A DNA stretch of 64,000 nucleotides from an uncultured Eubacteriales bacterium (GCA_900543755.1 UQSP01000003.1:2747-66746), one strand, 5' to 3'; counted from the first letter of the stretch, positions 30,936-41,175 are shown. Translations and numbers: made by a program. Notes: a model not told the origin generated them from the sequence alone.

Positions 30936-31595
30936 ATGAAAAACACGCAAGCGGTACTTTTCGACATGGACGGCGTTATACTGGACAGCGAGCCTTTGCA
31001 TACGGTGGCGCGGGCGCGGCTGTTTAGCAAACTGGGTATTCCTCTCGATGCCGAAAAACAAATCGTGCTGGGCGCAAGAAAATACGATTATTGGCAGGAG
31101 TTTTCGGTAAAATTCGCGCTTTCCGATACTCCCGAACAGCTTATTGCGCGCGAGTTCCGCGAAATTCTTGCGCTTATCAAGGAAAGAAAGGTGCCCGAAA
31201 GCCTTTATCTCACAAAATTGTTAAAGTTTCTGAATGACAACAAAGTTAAGGCGGCGGTGGGTTCGGCTTCGTCGCGCGAGTACGTGGAGGGCGTGCTTGA
31301 GTATCTTGAAATAGACGGATATTTTTCCGCGATTGTGTGCGGCGACGAGGTCAGGCGGCCCAAGCCTTTTCCCGATACCTATCTTACCGCCGCGGATAAA
31401 TTGGGCGCAGAGCCGAATCGGTGTTTCGTGGTGGAGGACTCGCGCACGGGCAGTCTTGCGGCTGAAGCCGCAAATATTCCTTGCATTGGGTACAAGGGCA
31501 CTCAAACCGCGTTGAAGACGGATTTTTCCGCCTGCAAGTATGTGGTTTCCGATATGCGCGAGATTATCGGTATTCTGGAAAAAGAAAATCTGTAA
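30936..31595 (+). CDS. HAD-IA family hydrolase (beta-phosphoglucomutase/phosphatase-like)
   Basis: The FDMDGVILDSE motif I and the HAD core are present. Confidence 0.8.
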   Translation: MKNTQAVLFDMDGVILDSEPLHTVARARLFSKLGIPLDAEKQIVLGARKYDYWQEFSVKFALSDTPEQLIAREFREILALIKERKVPESLYLTKLLKFLNDNKVKAAVGSASSREYVEGVLEYLEIDGYFSAIVCGDEVRRPKPFPDTYLTAADKLGAEPNRCFVVEDSRTGSLAAEAANIPCIGYKGTQTALKTDFSACKYVVSDMREIIGILEKENL

Positions 31596-31921
31596 GCCTT
31601 ATCACGGGGGCAGGCATGACGGGGAATTACTTTATAAAACAAGAGAAGTTTTTTCCGCAGTTTTATAGAAAGAAAAATTTCGTTTATTTTTTCGACGGAT
31701 TGATTATTAAAGGCTTTACGGCGTTTCGCGCGTAAGAAATAAGAGTAAAAACAAAAAACCATATAATCGGCGTCAAGTAAAATTCACCTTAAAAAGCGGT
31801 TTTTATAAAAAAAGCCGTTTTTTTTGTATTTTCGGCGGATAAAAAAAGGTATTTGGTATTGACAAAAAGATTTATACCGTGTTAAAATAAACACAGCAAA
31901 TTTAATAGGAGAATGTAATTT

Positions 31922-32299
31922 ATGAGTTCGGGAAAAACTCTTTACTTTTTTATAAGGCATATCGGCAACATGATTACGGCAAGCGGTACAAAAAGGATAG
32001 GTTACGCGCTTGCAAACATTCTGCTGATGGGCTTAGGCGTGGCGTCGGCTTACGGTTTCGCTCATTTTATCAACACTTTGGGCGATATTAATTTTTTCGC
32101 AAGCATTATGTTGCTTATTTTTCTTGCGGCGTTTACAATATTCTTTTTCATTCAGGGTTTTCTGGCGCAGGCGATTCTGGTCGTCGTCGCTTTTATAGGC
32201 ATGTTCCCCGCCGAAGAGCGAGGCGGCAACATTGTTTCCTTTATAATCGCGCTTTTGTCTCTTGCCGCGCTTATCGTCGTTTTGGTAATAGTGCTTTAG
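31922..32299 (+). CDS. Small hypothetical membrane protein
   Basis: 125 aa with three hydrophobic helices. A TTGACA-17-TGTTAAAAT promoter lies upstream and a terminator at 32617-32658 follows. Confidence 0.4.
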   Translation: MSSGKTLYFFIRHIGNMITASGTKRIGYALANILLMGLGVASAYGFAHFINTLGDINFFASIMLLIFLAAFTIFFFIQGFLAQAILVVVAFIGMFPAEERGGNIVSFIIALLSLAALIVVLVIVL

Positions 32300-32616
32300 T
32301 CAACGGGTAAGCTTATTGCGAATAATTGCTTTAAAGTTTATTAAAAGCTTAAAATAATCAGTTTGCAAAGATAAAGCCGGGATTTTGCGGCTTACAGCGA
32401 TAAAGCCGAGAAGTGCGCGCCCTTGTAACGGGGGACGCGGCTATGGAATTGGTTTGACTGAAAAGGCGCCATAAACGCATTGTGCCTGAATTTATTAAAC
32501 ATATAAAAAACCGACGCTGTCCGTCGGCTTTAGCAAAACGTCGGCTTTTGAGTTTTAAGGGTTAAAAAAAGACGCGGCAATAATTTCGGGTAGTGAAATT
32601 TATTGCAAAAAACAAC

Positions 32617-32658
32617 CGTGACAGAGATACGCATTGTATCTTTATCACGGTTTTTTCT
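32617..32658. terminator. Bidirectional terminator
   Basis: A 15-bp imperfect hairpin CCGTGACAGAGATAC/GTATCTTTATCACGG is flanked by an A-run and a T-run. It is directly 3' of tRNA-Pro on the minus strand. Confidence 0.6.
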
Positions 32659-32659
32659 T

Positions 32660-32735
32660 GGTCGGAGTGACGGGATTTGAACCCACGACCTCATGGTCCC
32701 GAACCATGCGCGCTACCATCTGCGCTACACCCCGT
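32660..32735 (-). tRNA. tRNA-Pro (CGG)
   Basis: The reverse complement CGGGGTGTAGCGCAGATGGTAGCGCGCATGGTTCGGGACCATGAGGTCGTGGGTTCAAATCCCGTCACTCCGACCA has anticodon loop TTCGGGA and forms a clean cloverleaf. Confidence 0.9.
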
Positions 32736-33095
32736 TGATTTTCCCTTTTGCGGGCACATAGAAGTATAATAAAACTTGCGGTTTTTGTCAAGGCTTTAAT
32801 GCGAATTGACGGAAAAATTGCCTTTCCTCTTGCTTTAAGTTTATGTATAAAGCCGATTGGCGATAAGGAAAAAGGGGACAAACGTTTTTCTTTGCGCAAG
32901 CATTGCATCTTTGTTCTTTAAGCAAAAGGACAAAATTAACCAAGCCGCTTGCGCCCTGCTTTGAAAGCGTAAGGGCGGACACACGGGAACAAGTAAGCTA
33001 ATGCGGACATTTCGGATTTTATCCTGAAAATGCGGTTTGACTGCCGTTTAACATTGTGTTATAATTTTACTGTAAAAACATCGGAGCCGTATCTT

Positions 33096-33596
33096 ATGAA
33101 CATTGAATTTGTAAAAGTGCAAAAGGAAGACTTTGCCGCGCTGGAAAAGCTGGCGGCAAGGCTTTGGCATTCGGCTTTCGATAATCTTATCGGACCCGAA
33201 CAAGCCGATTATATGCTGGAAAAATTCCAGTCGGCGCCCGCTTTCAGCCGTCAGACGGAAGAGGAGGGGTACGAGTATTATTTTATAGTATGCGACGGCG
33301 TTACCGCAGGTTACACCGGGATTGCCGCCAAAAAAGGGGAGAGAGGGCTTTTCCTTTCCAAACTCTATCTCGCGCCCGAGTTTAAGGGTAAGGGGCTTGG
33401 CAAAGCCGCGCTTGAGGAAGTGGCAGGCTGCGCAAAAAAACTCAAACTCGGATATGTGTATCTTACCGTCAACAAGGGCAACGAACGCGCCATAAAAGTC
33501 TATGAAAAATTCGGATTCATAAAAACCGATTCGATTGTCACGGATATAGGAAACGGTTACGTAATGGACGATTACGTTTACAGGCTTGACGTATAG
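33096..33596 (+). CDS. GNAT family N-acetyltransferase
   Basis: The acetyl-CoA binding motif KGKGLGKAALEEV is present. The likely start is the ATG at 33096 behind a GGAG RBS. The ORF in the supplied track begins at 33030 without a good RBS. A TTGACT-17-TATAAT promoter lies at 33037-33065. Confidence 0.8.
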   Translation: MNIEFVKVQKEDFAALEKLAARLWHSAFDNLIGPEQADYMLEKFQSAPAFSRQTEEEGYEYYFIVCDGVTAGYTGIAAKKGERGLFLSKLYLAPEFKGKGLGKAALEEVAGCAKKLKLGYVYLTVNKGNERAIKVYEKFGFIKTDSIVTDIGNGYVMDDYVYRLDV

Positions 33597-33751
33597 GGGA
33601 CTTTCGCTGTTTTTTACCCCTTATTCCGCTTTGACGATGTTCGACGTTATCAGACATTTTTCGACAAAATTACAGTTGACGGGGGATTGTGTTTTACGGT
33701 GTAAAATGCTATAATTTATAAGTCAACGGACGTAAAAGGAAGAATCGTGAA

Positions 33752-33940
33752 ATGAGGGATCAAAGCGGGTTCCTAATAAGAAGCGTTTACCGTATTCTTA
33801 TGCAGGAGGAAAAGGAAAACAACGTCGACTTCAAGCTTAATTACGAGTACTTCGATAAAATTCAGGAACGCGTCTTTAAATCGCGCTGCTGTTTTTATTG
33901 CAGATTAAACCACGGGCATCGTCAGAATCAGTCAACATAA
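33752..33940 (+). CDS. Possible small Cys/His-rich protein (62 aa)
   Basis: It has its own TTGACG...TATAAT-like promoter and an AGGAAG RBS. The C-terminus is CCFYCRLNHGH. No family is recognised. Confidence 0.25.
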   Translation: MRDQSGFLIRSVYRILMQEEKENNVDFKLNYEYFDKIQERVFKSRCCFYCRLNHGHRQNQST

Positions 33941-34101
33941 TTTTTCTTGTTTTATCGTTTTTTCTTTCGTTTGTTTGTAAAGCCTTGACTCTTTTTCGAC
34001 GATATCGTTTGACAAACCTGAGGTGATTGTGTTATAAATATAAGGCCGTATGGCGCGACGGGGCTTTTCCCGTCTTGCCACGGCTTATTTCGCTCTTTTT
34101 T

Positions 34102-34192
34102 GGAGAGATGGCAGAGCGGTTGAATGCGCACGATTCGAAATCGTGTTACGGCTGATACCCGTACGGGGGTTCGAATCCCCCTCTCTCCGCCA
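34102..34192 (+). tRNA. tRNA-Ser (CGA)
   Basis: GGAGAGATGGCAGAGCGGTTGAATGCGCACGATTCGAAATCGTG... has a long variable arm and anticodon loop TTCGAAA, and ends CGCCA. A TTGACA-17-TTATAA promoter lies about 70 bp upstream. Confidence 0.9.
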
Positions 34193-34286
34193 AACAGAGT
34201 CGCGATCGAACCCGCGGCTCTGTTATTTTTGTATTAAGGGGGTTGCCGGAATCATAATCGATACCGAAGTATATGTTCCTCAATTG

Positions 34287-35328
34287 TCAGACTTCTACTT
34301 GACGCAGAAAAGAGATGAACACGGTTTTTGGTGAATTGTCAAACCAAGTGCAACACTTTTTGAGAAAAAGTTCAAATAAATCTTGTGGTTTTTGGAAATT
34401 TAATATCTTTTTCGGTCTGGCGTTAATTAACGCCAGATTTTTTTCGAGCGTTTTCGGAGAAACGCGAGAAAGATTATGTCCCTTAGGGTAGAATTCTCTC
34501 AATAATCCGTTTAGGTTCTCGTTCGTTCCTTTTTGCCAAGCACAATATGGATCGGCAAAGTACATTTGGCAATTCAATGCGCTTTCTATTTCTCGCCGGT
34601 TAGCAAACTCCGAACCCCTATCACAAGTAATTGTTTTTACTGCTCCTTTCGGTAGTTGAGATAATGCAGTAATAACAGCCTTTGCAAGTGTACTGCCTTT
34701 CCTGTCAGGTAACTTTATCGCTATGTAAAACCGAGTTTTTCTTTCTGCAAGGGTGGCAAAACAAGCGCTTGTTTTGCCGCGCCCTGAAACTACCGTATCT
34801 GCTTCCCAATGCCCAAATTCCTTACGTTTATATACGCTTTTATCCCTTTTCCGTATAGATTTACCAGTGGCAAATCGCCCGCCGTTCCCAAGTCTTTTAC
34901 GAGTTTTTCCTTTCTTTCTCAACACTTTGAGAATCCCTTTTGCTACGTAGCCTTCATACAACCAACGGTATATCGTTTTATGACAAGGCATTTTTAATTC
35001 GCATGGCGTATTTGCGATTTGCTCAGGCGACCACGTTGCTTGCAGTTTTTCTGTTATGTATTCAACTAGCTTTTCATTCCCGAACATACCACGATGACAA
35101 AAACGACGCCTAAACAAATACTTTTTATGCGCAGTGTGGGGATAGTAGGTGTTGTATTCGTATCTATTTGTATAGTTTCTTGCAATCTCGCGCGAGATTG
35201 AGCTGGGGCTACGCCCTAAAAGTTTTGCAATTTTGCGAAACTTAGTCCTTCCGTATAGTGTTTTCGTAGACAAGTTCGTTCTTCTATGGTAAAATGGCGG
35301 TAGCAGTTCATATATTTCTCCTTGTTGT
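34287..35328 (-). pseudogene. IS30 transposase, apparently frameshifted near its N-terminus
   Basis: A good RBS plus ATG at 35328 gives MNCYRHFTIEERTCLRKHYTEGLSFAKLQNF followed by a stop. The +1 frame continues ...TKFRKIAKLLGRSPSSISREIARN (the HTH) into the 328-aa DDE ORF. A single-nucleotide indel in GTTTCGCAAAATTG would restore a full-length protein. Confidence 0.6.
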
Positions 35329-35415
35329 TTTTTGTCCGGTAAACTTATTATAACATAGATTTATATGAACTGTCATTTTTTTTGTAAGGTGTTGCACTTG
35401 ATAGTATAATTCACC
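34330..35415 (-). mobile_element. IS30-family insertion sequence (~1.09 kb) with imperfect terminal inverted repeats
   Basis: The left inverted repeat GGTGAATTGTCAAACCAAGTGCAACAC (34330..) matches the right one GGTGAATTATACTATCAAGTGCAACAC (reverse complement ending 35415). It encodes a DDE transposase with HWEADTV, DRGSEF and YFADPYCAWQKGTNEN motifs. It sits 138 bp downstream of tRNA-Ser. Confidence 0.75.
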
Positions 35416-35491
35416 ATAAATCGGAAAGAAAAACTCTTACGGACAGATTGTCTTTGACTGTTGTCAAGGAAAAGGAATAATTTAACTGCTT

Positions 35492-36130
35492 ATGAAATAT
35501 AAAGGAATAATTTTCGATCTCGACGGAGTGCTGGTGCATACAGATAAATATCATTATCTGGCATGGAAGCAGATAGCCGATCGTCTTGGTATATATTTTG
35601 ATGAGAAAATAAACAACAAGCTGCGCGGAGTTTCGCGCATGGCCAGCCTTGAAATCATTCTTGAAGGAAGCACGAAAAAATTTTCTGACGAGCAAAAACA
35701 AAAACTTGCCGAAGAAAAAAACTCTGTTTACAGACAGTATCTTGAAGGACTTACGCAAAGAGATCTTGGGGAGGGCGTGCTTCAAACTCTTGACAAATTA
35801 AAAACAATGGGGCTTAAACTTGCTGTGGGCAGCAGCTCACGCAATGCCGTATTGATATTAAAAAAGACCTGTATCTATGGTTTTTTTGACGCTGTATCGG
35901 ATGGCAATAATATTGTAAAACCCAAGCCTGATCCGGAGGTGTTCATAAAAGCAGCTGATATGCTCGGTCTTTTGTGCGGACAATGCCTTGTAGTGGAGGA
36001 TGCCGTTTCCGGAGCGCTTGCCGCAACGGCGGCAAATATGGATTGCGCCGCCATAGGCGATGCCGCAAAGCATAAGATAGCAACTTATAATATTGAGAAC
36101 TTTTATCAACTGGTGGAAATAGTTTCTTAG
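35492..36130 (+). CDS. HAD-IA hydrolase, beta-phosphoglucomutase-like
   Basis: IIFDLDGVLVHTD motif I and the PgmB-like core are present. GC content is markedly lower than in the flanking DNA. Confidence 0.75.
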   Translation: MKYKGIIFDLDGVLVHTDKYHYLAWKQIADRLGIYFDEKINNKLRGVSRMASLEIILEGSTKKFSDEQKQKLAEEKNSVYRQYLEGLTQRDLGEGVLQTLDKLKTMGLKLAVGSSSRNAVLILKKTCIYGFFDAVSDGNNIVKPKPDPEVFIKAADMLGLLCGQCLVVEDAVSGALAATAANMDCAAIGDAAKHKIATYNIENFYQLVEIVS

Positions 36131-36205
36131 GAAATAATACGGAGAGAAAGGAGTTATGAAGGAGTTTGGACAGGTAGTGTTATCGATGATAATATTCTTT
36201 ATTCC

Positions 36206-36601
36206 GTGAATAACCGCCTTAAAGAACGTAAAATTACGAGAAATCCTGAAGGTATAAAGTATGCCGAAAAAATCAAAATAAGTGGGGTAATGGACGATTA
36301 TGTATCGTTCGTACTTGAACATCAGCTTAAAGACAGGGTTGTATGGCATAAAATCTGTGAGGTTTTCTCGACTCGTGAAGATATTGACGATGAGGGCTGG
36401 CGCGGAGAATATTTCGGAAAACTCATGCGCGGAGCGGTGTATGCGTATCGCTATACCCGGGATGAAGAGCTGTACGATATTTTGACGGCGACCGTTGAAG
36501 ATTTGTTGCCTCGACAGGACGAATATGGCAGGTTTTCTACATATACCGTTGAAAAGCCCTATGGTTATTACATTCATCGGGCATCGGAATCCGAAATTTG
36601 A
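36206..36601 (+). pseudogene. N-terminal fragment of a GH127/DUF1680-like glycoside hydrolase
   Basis: 131 aa ending in a premature stop. The GEYFGKLMRGAVYAYRYTRDEELYDIL pattern resembles the N-terminal helix of beta-L-arabinofuranosidase-like six-hairpin enzymes. It overlaps the next ORF. Confidence 0.3.
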
Positions 36602-37175
36602 TAACGATTTCCGCTTGCAATTAAAAAACAAAATTCTTACCCTTATCGACGAAAAAAATGCCGATACCTTTTTATTCGGCAGCAGAAGTGCTTTCGACGC
36701 TCTATGCCTTGACATAGTCACTGAAATAAAATTAATTCGTCCACATATAAAACGAGTTTATGTTCGGGCATCTTATCCGTTTATCGACGAAAGCTATAAA
36801 AAGTATCTTTTGGGTTTTTACGATGAAACATATATTCCCGATCAGGTAATATACGCCGGCAAAGCCGCTTATGTGGAACGTAACAAATATTTAATTGATA
36901 AAGCAGACGTCTGTATTTTTTATTATAACGAAAACTATCAACCGCCGCTTACGCTGTCAAAGAAGAAAAAAAAACTCTTATCAACAAAAAAGCGGGACAA
37001 AAATCGCATACGATTACGCCGTGCAAAAGAAGAAAGCAATTATAAACCTTTTCATGTGAAAATAAAATACTCTTCTGATTGCAGCGGGATATTTGCGTGT
37101 GTTTATCTTGATAAAAGGAGCAAAACTGTAAAAAGCTTAAAAAGTTTTGACTTTAACTATGCTCTTTATTTTTAA
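36495..37175 (+). CDS. SLOG-family protein (YpsA/YoqJ, DUF1273-like) with a Lys-rich C-terminal extension
   Basis: The core MVITFIGHRN...LFGSRSAFDALC...RASYPF...NKYLIDKADVCIFYY aligns loosely with B. subtilis YpsA. Translation may really begin at the internal Met at 36561. The region is low in GC. Confidence 0.35.
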   Translation: MKICCLDRTNMAGFLHIPLKSPMVITFIGHRNPKFDNDFRLQLKNKILTLIDEKNADTFLFGSRSAFDALCLDIVTEIKLIRPHIKRVYVRASYPFIDESYKKYLLGFYDETYIPDQVIYAGKAAYVERNKYLIDKADVCIFYYNENYQPPLTLSKKKKKLLSTKKRDKNRIRLRRAKEESNYKPFHVKIKYSSDCSGIFACVYLDKRSKTVKSLKSFDFNYALYF

Positions 37176-37559
37176 TTAACTCCAATGCCGTGCGTGGTGG
37201 TGAAAGACGCGCGTTCAAGGCAAAGCATTTTAAGTCGTTGTATGTTCTATACGCAAGTGTTGTGTACGCAATGCAAGCGCATGGTTGACTTGCGCATTAA
37301 GGGCGATGCTGCGCGATTCGGGGTAAAACGCTGTTCTGTACGCGACAAATAGTGATTTTAGTGCCCAACGACAAAAGCGCGAATGAAAGAAGCGTTTATA
37401 AGCGTCTTTTCTATAATTTAAATAACAGTACGCTTAAAAGAGGCGTCATTTTTTATTTTTAAAGCGGATTAAACGCGTCGGGCGGGCGAAATGCGTCAAC
37501 GGTTTTCTGAAAGTTTCGAAAAAAAATAATAATTTACATAAAAAATTTTTCGAAAAATA

Positions 37560-37588
37560 TTGACAAGGAGGAGAAAGACGTGTATAAT
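37560..37588 (+). promoter_or_regulatory. Sigma-A promoter for the glycan locus
   Basis: TTGACA, a 17-nt spacer, then TATAAT, 33 bp upstream of the RBS of the 37621 gene. Confidence 0.65.
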
Positions 37589-37620
37589 CTAATTACATAA
37601 ACAATCGGAGGAGAATAAAA

Positions 37621-40188
37621 ATGGGGAAAAAATCTAAATTGTTTGCCGTTTTGATGACTCTTTTGCTTATAGTTGCGGCGGTGGGATTTGTCGCCTGCGA
37701 CGGAGGGAAGGTAACCAAGTACACGGTTGCGTTCCAAAGCAACGGAGGCAGTCAAGTGGCAAGTGTTACGCTTGCGGAGGGAGAGGTATTAAACGAACCT
37801 ACCGCGCCCACGCGTGACGGATACGAGTTTGACGGCTGGTATAAGGACGCCGCGCTTACCGAAAGAATGACGTTCCCTTTCACCATGGGCAAGGAGAGTT
37901 TCAATCTTTACGCCAAATGGAAAAAGGGTGATTACACAATTACTTTCGACAGCAACGGCGGCACGGAAATTTCCGCAATTTCGTCGCCTGCTTTCGATAA
38001 GGTAGAGGAGCCTGACGCTCCCACGAAAGCCGACCGCGTGTTTGCGGGCTGGTTCACGGACGAGGAATGCACCGTTCCTTTTGATTTCGTCATGCCTAAC
38101 CGTGACCTTACGGTATATGCGCGCTGGCTTAAGCTGGAAGAAAAGACTGCTTTCGAGTTTAATTCCGGCTGGATAAGCGGCGATCGTACGGCATACACTC
38201 TCACCGAAGAGGACGGAGTGACCACGATAACCGCGCTTGCCGATAAAGGCACATATTCTTACGTGGGAATAAAGATTCCTTACAACGTTAAAAATTACGG
38301 CGCGTTTGTGTTTACGTTTACGGGCACCGCGGACGAAGAGGTGCTTATCAAGTGCCAGAACGGCGGAGTAACCACCGTTGAGACCCGCGTCGCCATGAAC
38401 GGAAAGGAAAATCAGACATACGTCTGGACGGTTAAACCCGAAAACCTGACCGACGGCCGGGCGGCAATGGACTTTTACCTGTTCCTGCGTCCGGGCCTTG
38501 AGGGCGAAGGCGCAACCATTGCAATAAAAAGCCTTAAGCTTTACCGCGTGCTGGGCGAAGACGACCCCTATCAGTCCGCTTTGTTCTTTGAGACCAACGG
38601 CGGCACGGCGGTAAGCCCCATATTTGCCGAAACGGGAGCCACTATTACCGCGCCCGCAGATGAGCCCGTTAAAGCCGGTTACGATTTCGAAGCGTGGTAT
38701 GCAGGTGCAGACCTTACTACGCCTTACGTTTTCGGCACCATGCCCGAAGGCAAGACTTTCGTTTACGCGAAGTATGCGCCCAAAAACGAAGTAACTCTTA
38801 CTTTTGAAACCAACGGCGGCACGGCGGTAGAGCCTCTTACGTTGCCTGCAACGGCGCCCATCGACGCACAGTACATACCTACTACAACTAAAGACGGCGT
38901 CATTTTCGATGCGTGGTACTTCGAACCCACGTTCGAAACCAAGTTTGACTTCAAGTTCATGCCCGCTGAAAGCAAGACGCTTTATGCGCGTTGGGGCGTG
39001 CTGGAGGAAACTTCCAAAATCGAACTTTCCACCGAGATTGCTTCCGCAACCGGTTACACCATGACCGACAACGGCGACGGAACCACTACCGTTTCCATAG
39101 CTGCGGGCAAGTCCACTTATCAGATGTTTACTTCTTATCTCGAGCTTAACGCGAAAGACTACACGTATTTCAGAATCACGTTTACGGGTACCGAAGGCAA
39201 GAAGATACTGTTCAAAACCCAGAACGGCGGAGTAAAAGCTACCGAAGTTAAAGTCGACATGACGGGTGAGGAGCAGACTTACTTGTGGAAAGTGGCTCCC
39301 GAAAGCCTTCCCGACGGAACGGCAGGCGCGATGAACTTCTATATGTGCCTTGACCCCGGTACCAAACACGACGTGGCACCCGACCCCGCAATCAGCGTTA
39401 CCGTTACTTCCATAGAGCTTTTGCGTCTTAAGACTGAAGGCGCAAATGACAGCTACGCCGTGCATTTCATGGCTGACGGCGGCCTTGTGGACGACAAAGC
39501 GGTTCCCACTGCTTTCTATGAAGCGGGCGAAACGCTTGCGCTTCCTGTTCCCGAAAAAGTAGGACATACGTTTGACGGCTGGTATACCGATCCCGAGCTT
39601 ACCGAAGCTTTCGCGGAAACGACCATGCCCGAAAGAAACATTATCCTTTACGCTAAATATACCGCTACCGCAGAGCCTTTTGCATTAAGCAAGGAAAACT
39701 GGACGGTCGTTGACCCCGAGTCGACTTCTTACGCGGTAACCGCGGTGGAAGAGGGCGCTAAGGTTAATTTTGACCACACCAACAACGGCGGCTGGGATAA
39801 TTACAATTCCGGCGCATGCTACAACGTCACCGACCATCCCATTGAAAACACTAAACTCACCCTTTCTATTGACCTTGTGAAAGCCAACTATGCGTCCAAG
39901 GAAACAAGACCCGGCATCGTTATCGAGGTTTACCTTTATAAAGCCGAGGATAATTATACTTTCAACGGCAATCAGTTCAAGACTACTGCGTTCCCCACGG
40001 AGGGCGGCTCGGTAGATATCGAAATCGACCTTGTCAATCCCAAGGGAGCAAACGCAGCCCAGAAGCAGTACCTCAGCGAAATGCTCGAGGACGGAAACTT
40101 CGGCATAATGGTCATCATCATGTGCGGTTTCGATAAAGCGGATTACGGCAACGGTAATTTCATCATTACCGAAGCGGTGTTCAGTTAA
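37621..40188 (+). CDS. Surface lipoprotein with five Listeria-Bacteroides (Flg_new) repeats alternating with three copies of an unassigned ~140-aa module
   Basis: It has a lipobox signal peptide (LLIVAAVGFVAC). The Flg_new motifs have the form GYEFDGWYKD...LYAKW. The unassigned modules have the form (F/R)ITFTGT..K.L.K.QNGGV...V.M.G..QTY.W.V.PE.L.DG.A.M.FY..L.PG....I.L. Confidence 0.8.
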   Translation: MGKKSKLFAVLMTLLLIVAAVGFVACDGGKVTKYTVAFQSNGGSQVASVTLAEGEVLNEPTAPTRDGYEFDGWYKDAALTERMTFPFTMGKESFNLYAKWKKGDYTITFDSNGGTEISAISSPAFDKVEEPDAPTKADRVFAGWFTDEECTVPFDFVMPNRDLTVYARWLKLEEKTAFEFNSGWISGDRTAYTLTEEDGVTTITALADKGTYSYVGIKIPYNVKNYGAFVFTFTGTADEEVLIKCQNGGVTTVETRVAMNGKENQTYVWTVKPENLTDGRAAMDFYLFLRPGLEGEGATIAIKSLKLYRVLGEDDPYQSALFFETNGGTAVSPIFAETGATITAPADEPVKAGYDFEAWYAGADLTTPYVFGTMPEGKTFVYAKYAPKNEVTLTFETNGGTAVEPLTLPATAPIDAQYIPTTTKDGVIFDAWYFEPTFETKFDFKFMPAESKTLYARWGVLEETSKIELSTEIASATGYTMTDNGDGTTTVSIAAGKSTYQMFTSYLELNAKDYTYFRITFTGTEGKKILFKTQNGGVKATEVKVDMTGEEQTYLWKVAPESLPDGTAGAMNFYMCLDPGTKHDVAPDPAISVTVTSIELLRLKTEGANDSYAVHFMADGGLVDDKAVPTAFYEAGETLALPVPEKVGHTFDGWYTDPELTEAFAETTMPERNIILYAKYTATAEPFALSKENWTVVDPESTSYAVTAVEEGAKVNFDHTNNGGWDNYNSGACYNVTDHPIENTKLTLSIDLVKANYASKETRPGIVIEVYLYKAEDNYTFNGNQFKTTAFPTEGGSVDIEIDLVNPKGANAAQKQYLSEMLEDGNFGIMVIIMCGFDKADYGNGNFIITEAVFS

Positions 40189-40200
40189 GGAGGAGTCAAT

Positions 40201-41136
40201 ATGAAAAAAAGTTTGATTTCCATACTGGTTTTGATTATGGTTTTAAGTTCGGTTTTTATGCTTGCTTGTAAAGAACCTACCGAAGAAGTAATTCCCGCTC
40301 CTGCCCCCGAAGGGGTTGAGGCGGAGTCGCTTGGCGAATACGGCAAGGTGACGCTTTCTTTCGGTGCGTTCAGCGACATTCACTTCAGCAGCGTTTGCGA
40401 CAAACAAGTCAAAGAATATTATCCCAAAGCGCTTGCCGACATCATGAAGCAGACGGGCAACCGTCTCAGCGCCGTAACCGTTTCGGGTGACTTTTCCGAA
40501 GGTTTCGCCGCCGATTACGACACTCTCATTCAGTATACGATAGCGCGCGTGGGTGACGAAGTTCCCCTTATCGCGTCTTACGGCAACCACGAGGGCAACG
40601 GCAAACACTTCCAGTACGAGGCAAAGTTCGGTAAACCCGTGGACAACGTGACGGTGGTAAACGGCTACAACTTCATTTGCGTGGGCGCTCATTCGGGCGA
40701 TACCTACACGGAGGAACAGGCTGAATGGCTGGACGAGCAGCTTGCAACCATGACCGCCGCCGACCCCGATAAGCCCGTGTTCATTCTCATTCACCATCCC
40801 GTGAAAGGTACGCATGACGATTGGACGCAGGTTAACGGAAATCCCGAGCTTCAGTCTACGCTGGTAAAATATCCTCAGGCGTTCGTGCTTTGCGGACATC
40901 AGCATCAGCCGTTCAGCGCGGATTCGCTTTGGAAAGGCGAGTACATTTCCTTCCGTAACTCTTATCTTCGCAACGAGACCGAAGGACAGTACGCCATTAT
41001 CCGCGTTACCGACCTTAACTATGTAGTCATCAAAAAGTATTCCATTAAGCCCGGCGACATTGCTCCTACTTATATGGGCGACGATTACGTCATTAATCTC
41101 AACGAGTTTTACGACTCTAAGGAAGATGCAGCCTGA
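40201..41136 (+). CDS. Calcineurin-like metallophosphoesterase lipoprotein
   Basis: It has a lipobox (FMLAC). Metallophosphoesterase motifs are present: DIHF, GDF.E, GNHE, HHP and GHQH. Confidence 0.8.
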   Translation: MKKSLISILVLIMVLSSVFMLACKEPTEEVIPAPAPEGVEAESLGEYGKVTLSFGAFSDIHFSSVCDKQVKEYYPKALADIMKQTGNRLSAVTVSGDFSEGFAADYDTLIQYTIARVGDEVPLIASYGNHEGNGKHFQYEAKFGKPVDNVTVVNGYNFICVGAHSGDTYTEEQAEWLDEQLATMTAADPDKPVFILIHHPVKGTHDDWTQVNGNPELQSTLVKYPQAFVLCGHQHQPFSADSLWKGEYISFRNSYLRNETEGQYAIIRVTDLNYVVIKKYSIKPGDIAPTYMGDDYVINLNEFYDSKEDAA

Positions 41137-41175
41137 CGCTTGCGTTTTTAGCCCGTTTGTAGTATAATTTTCAAC

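Noticed and set aside
34050-34334. ORF 34050..34334(+) overlapping tRNA-Ser
   Set aside because: It overlaps a clear tRNA and the IS inverted repeat. There is no RBS.
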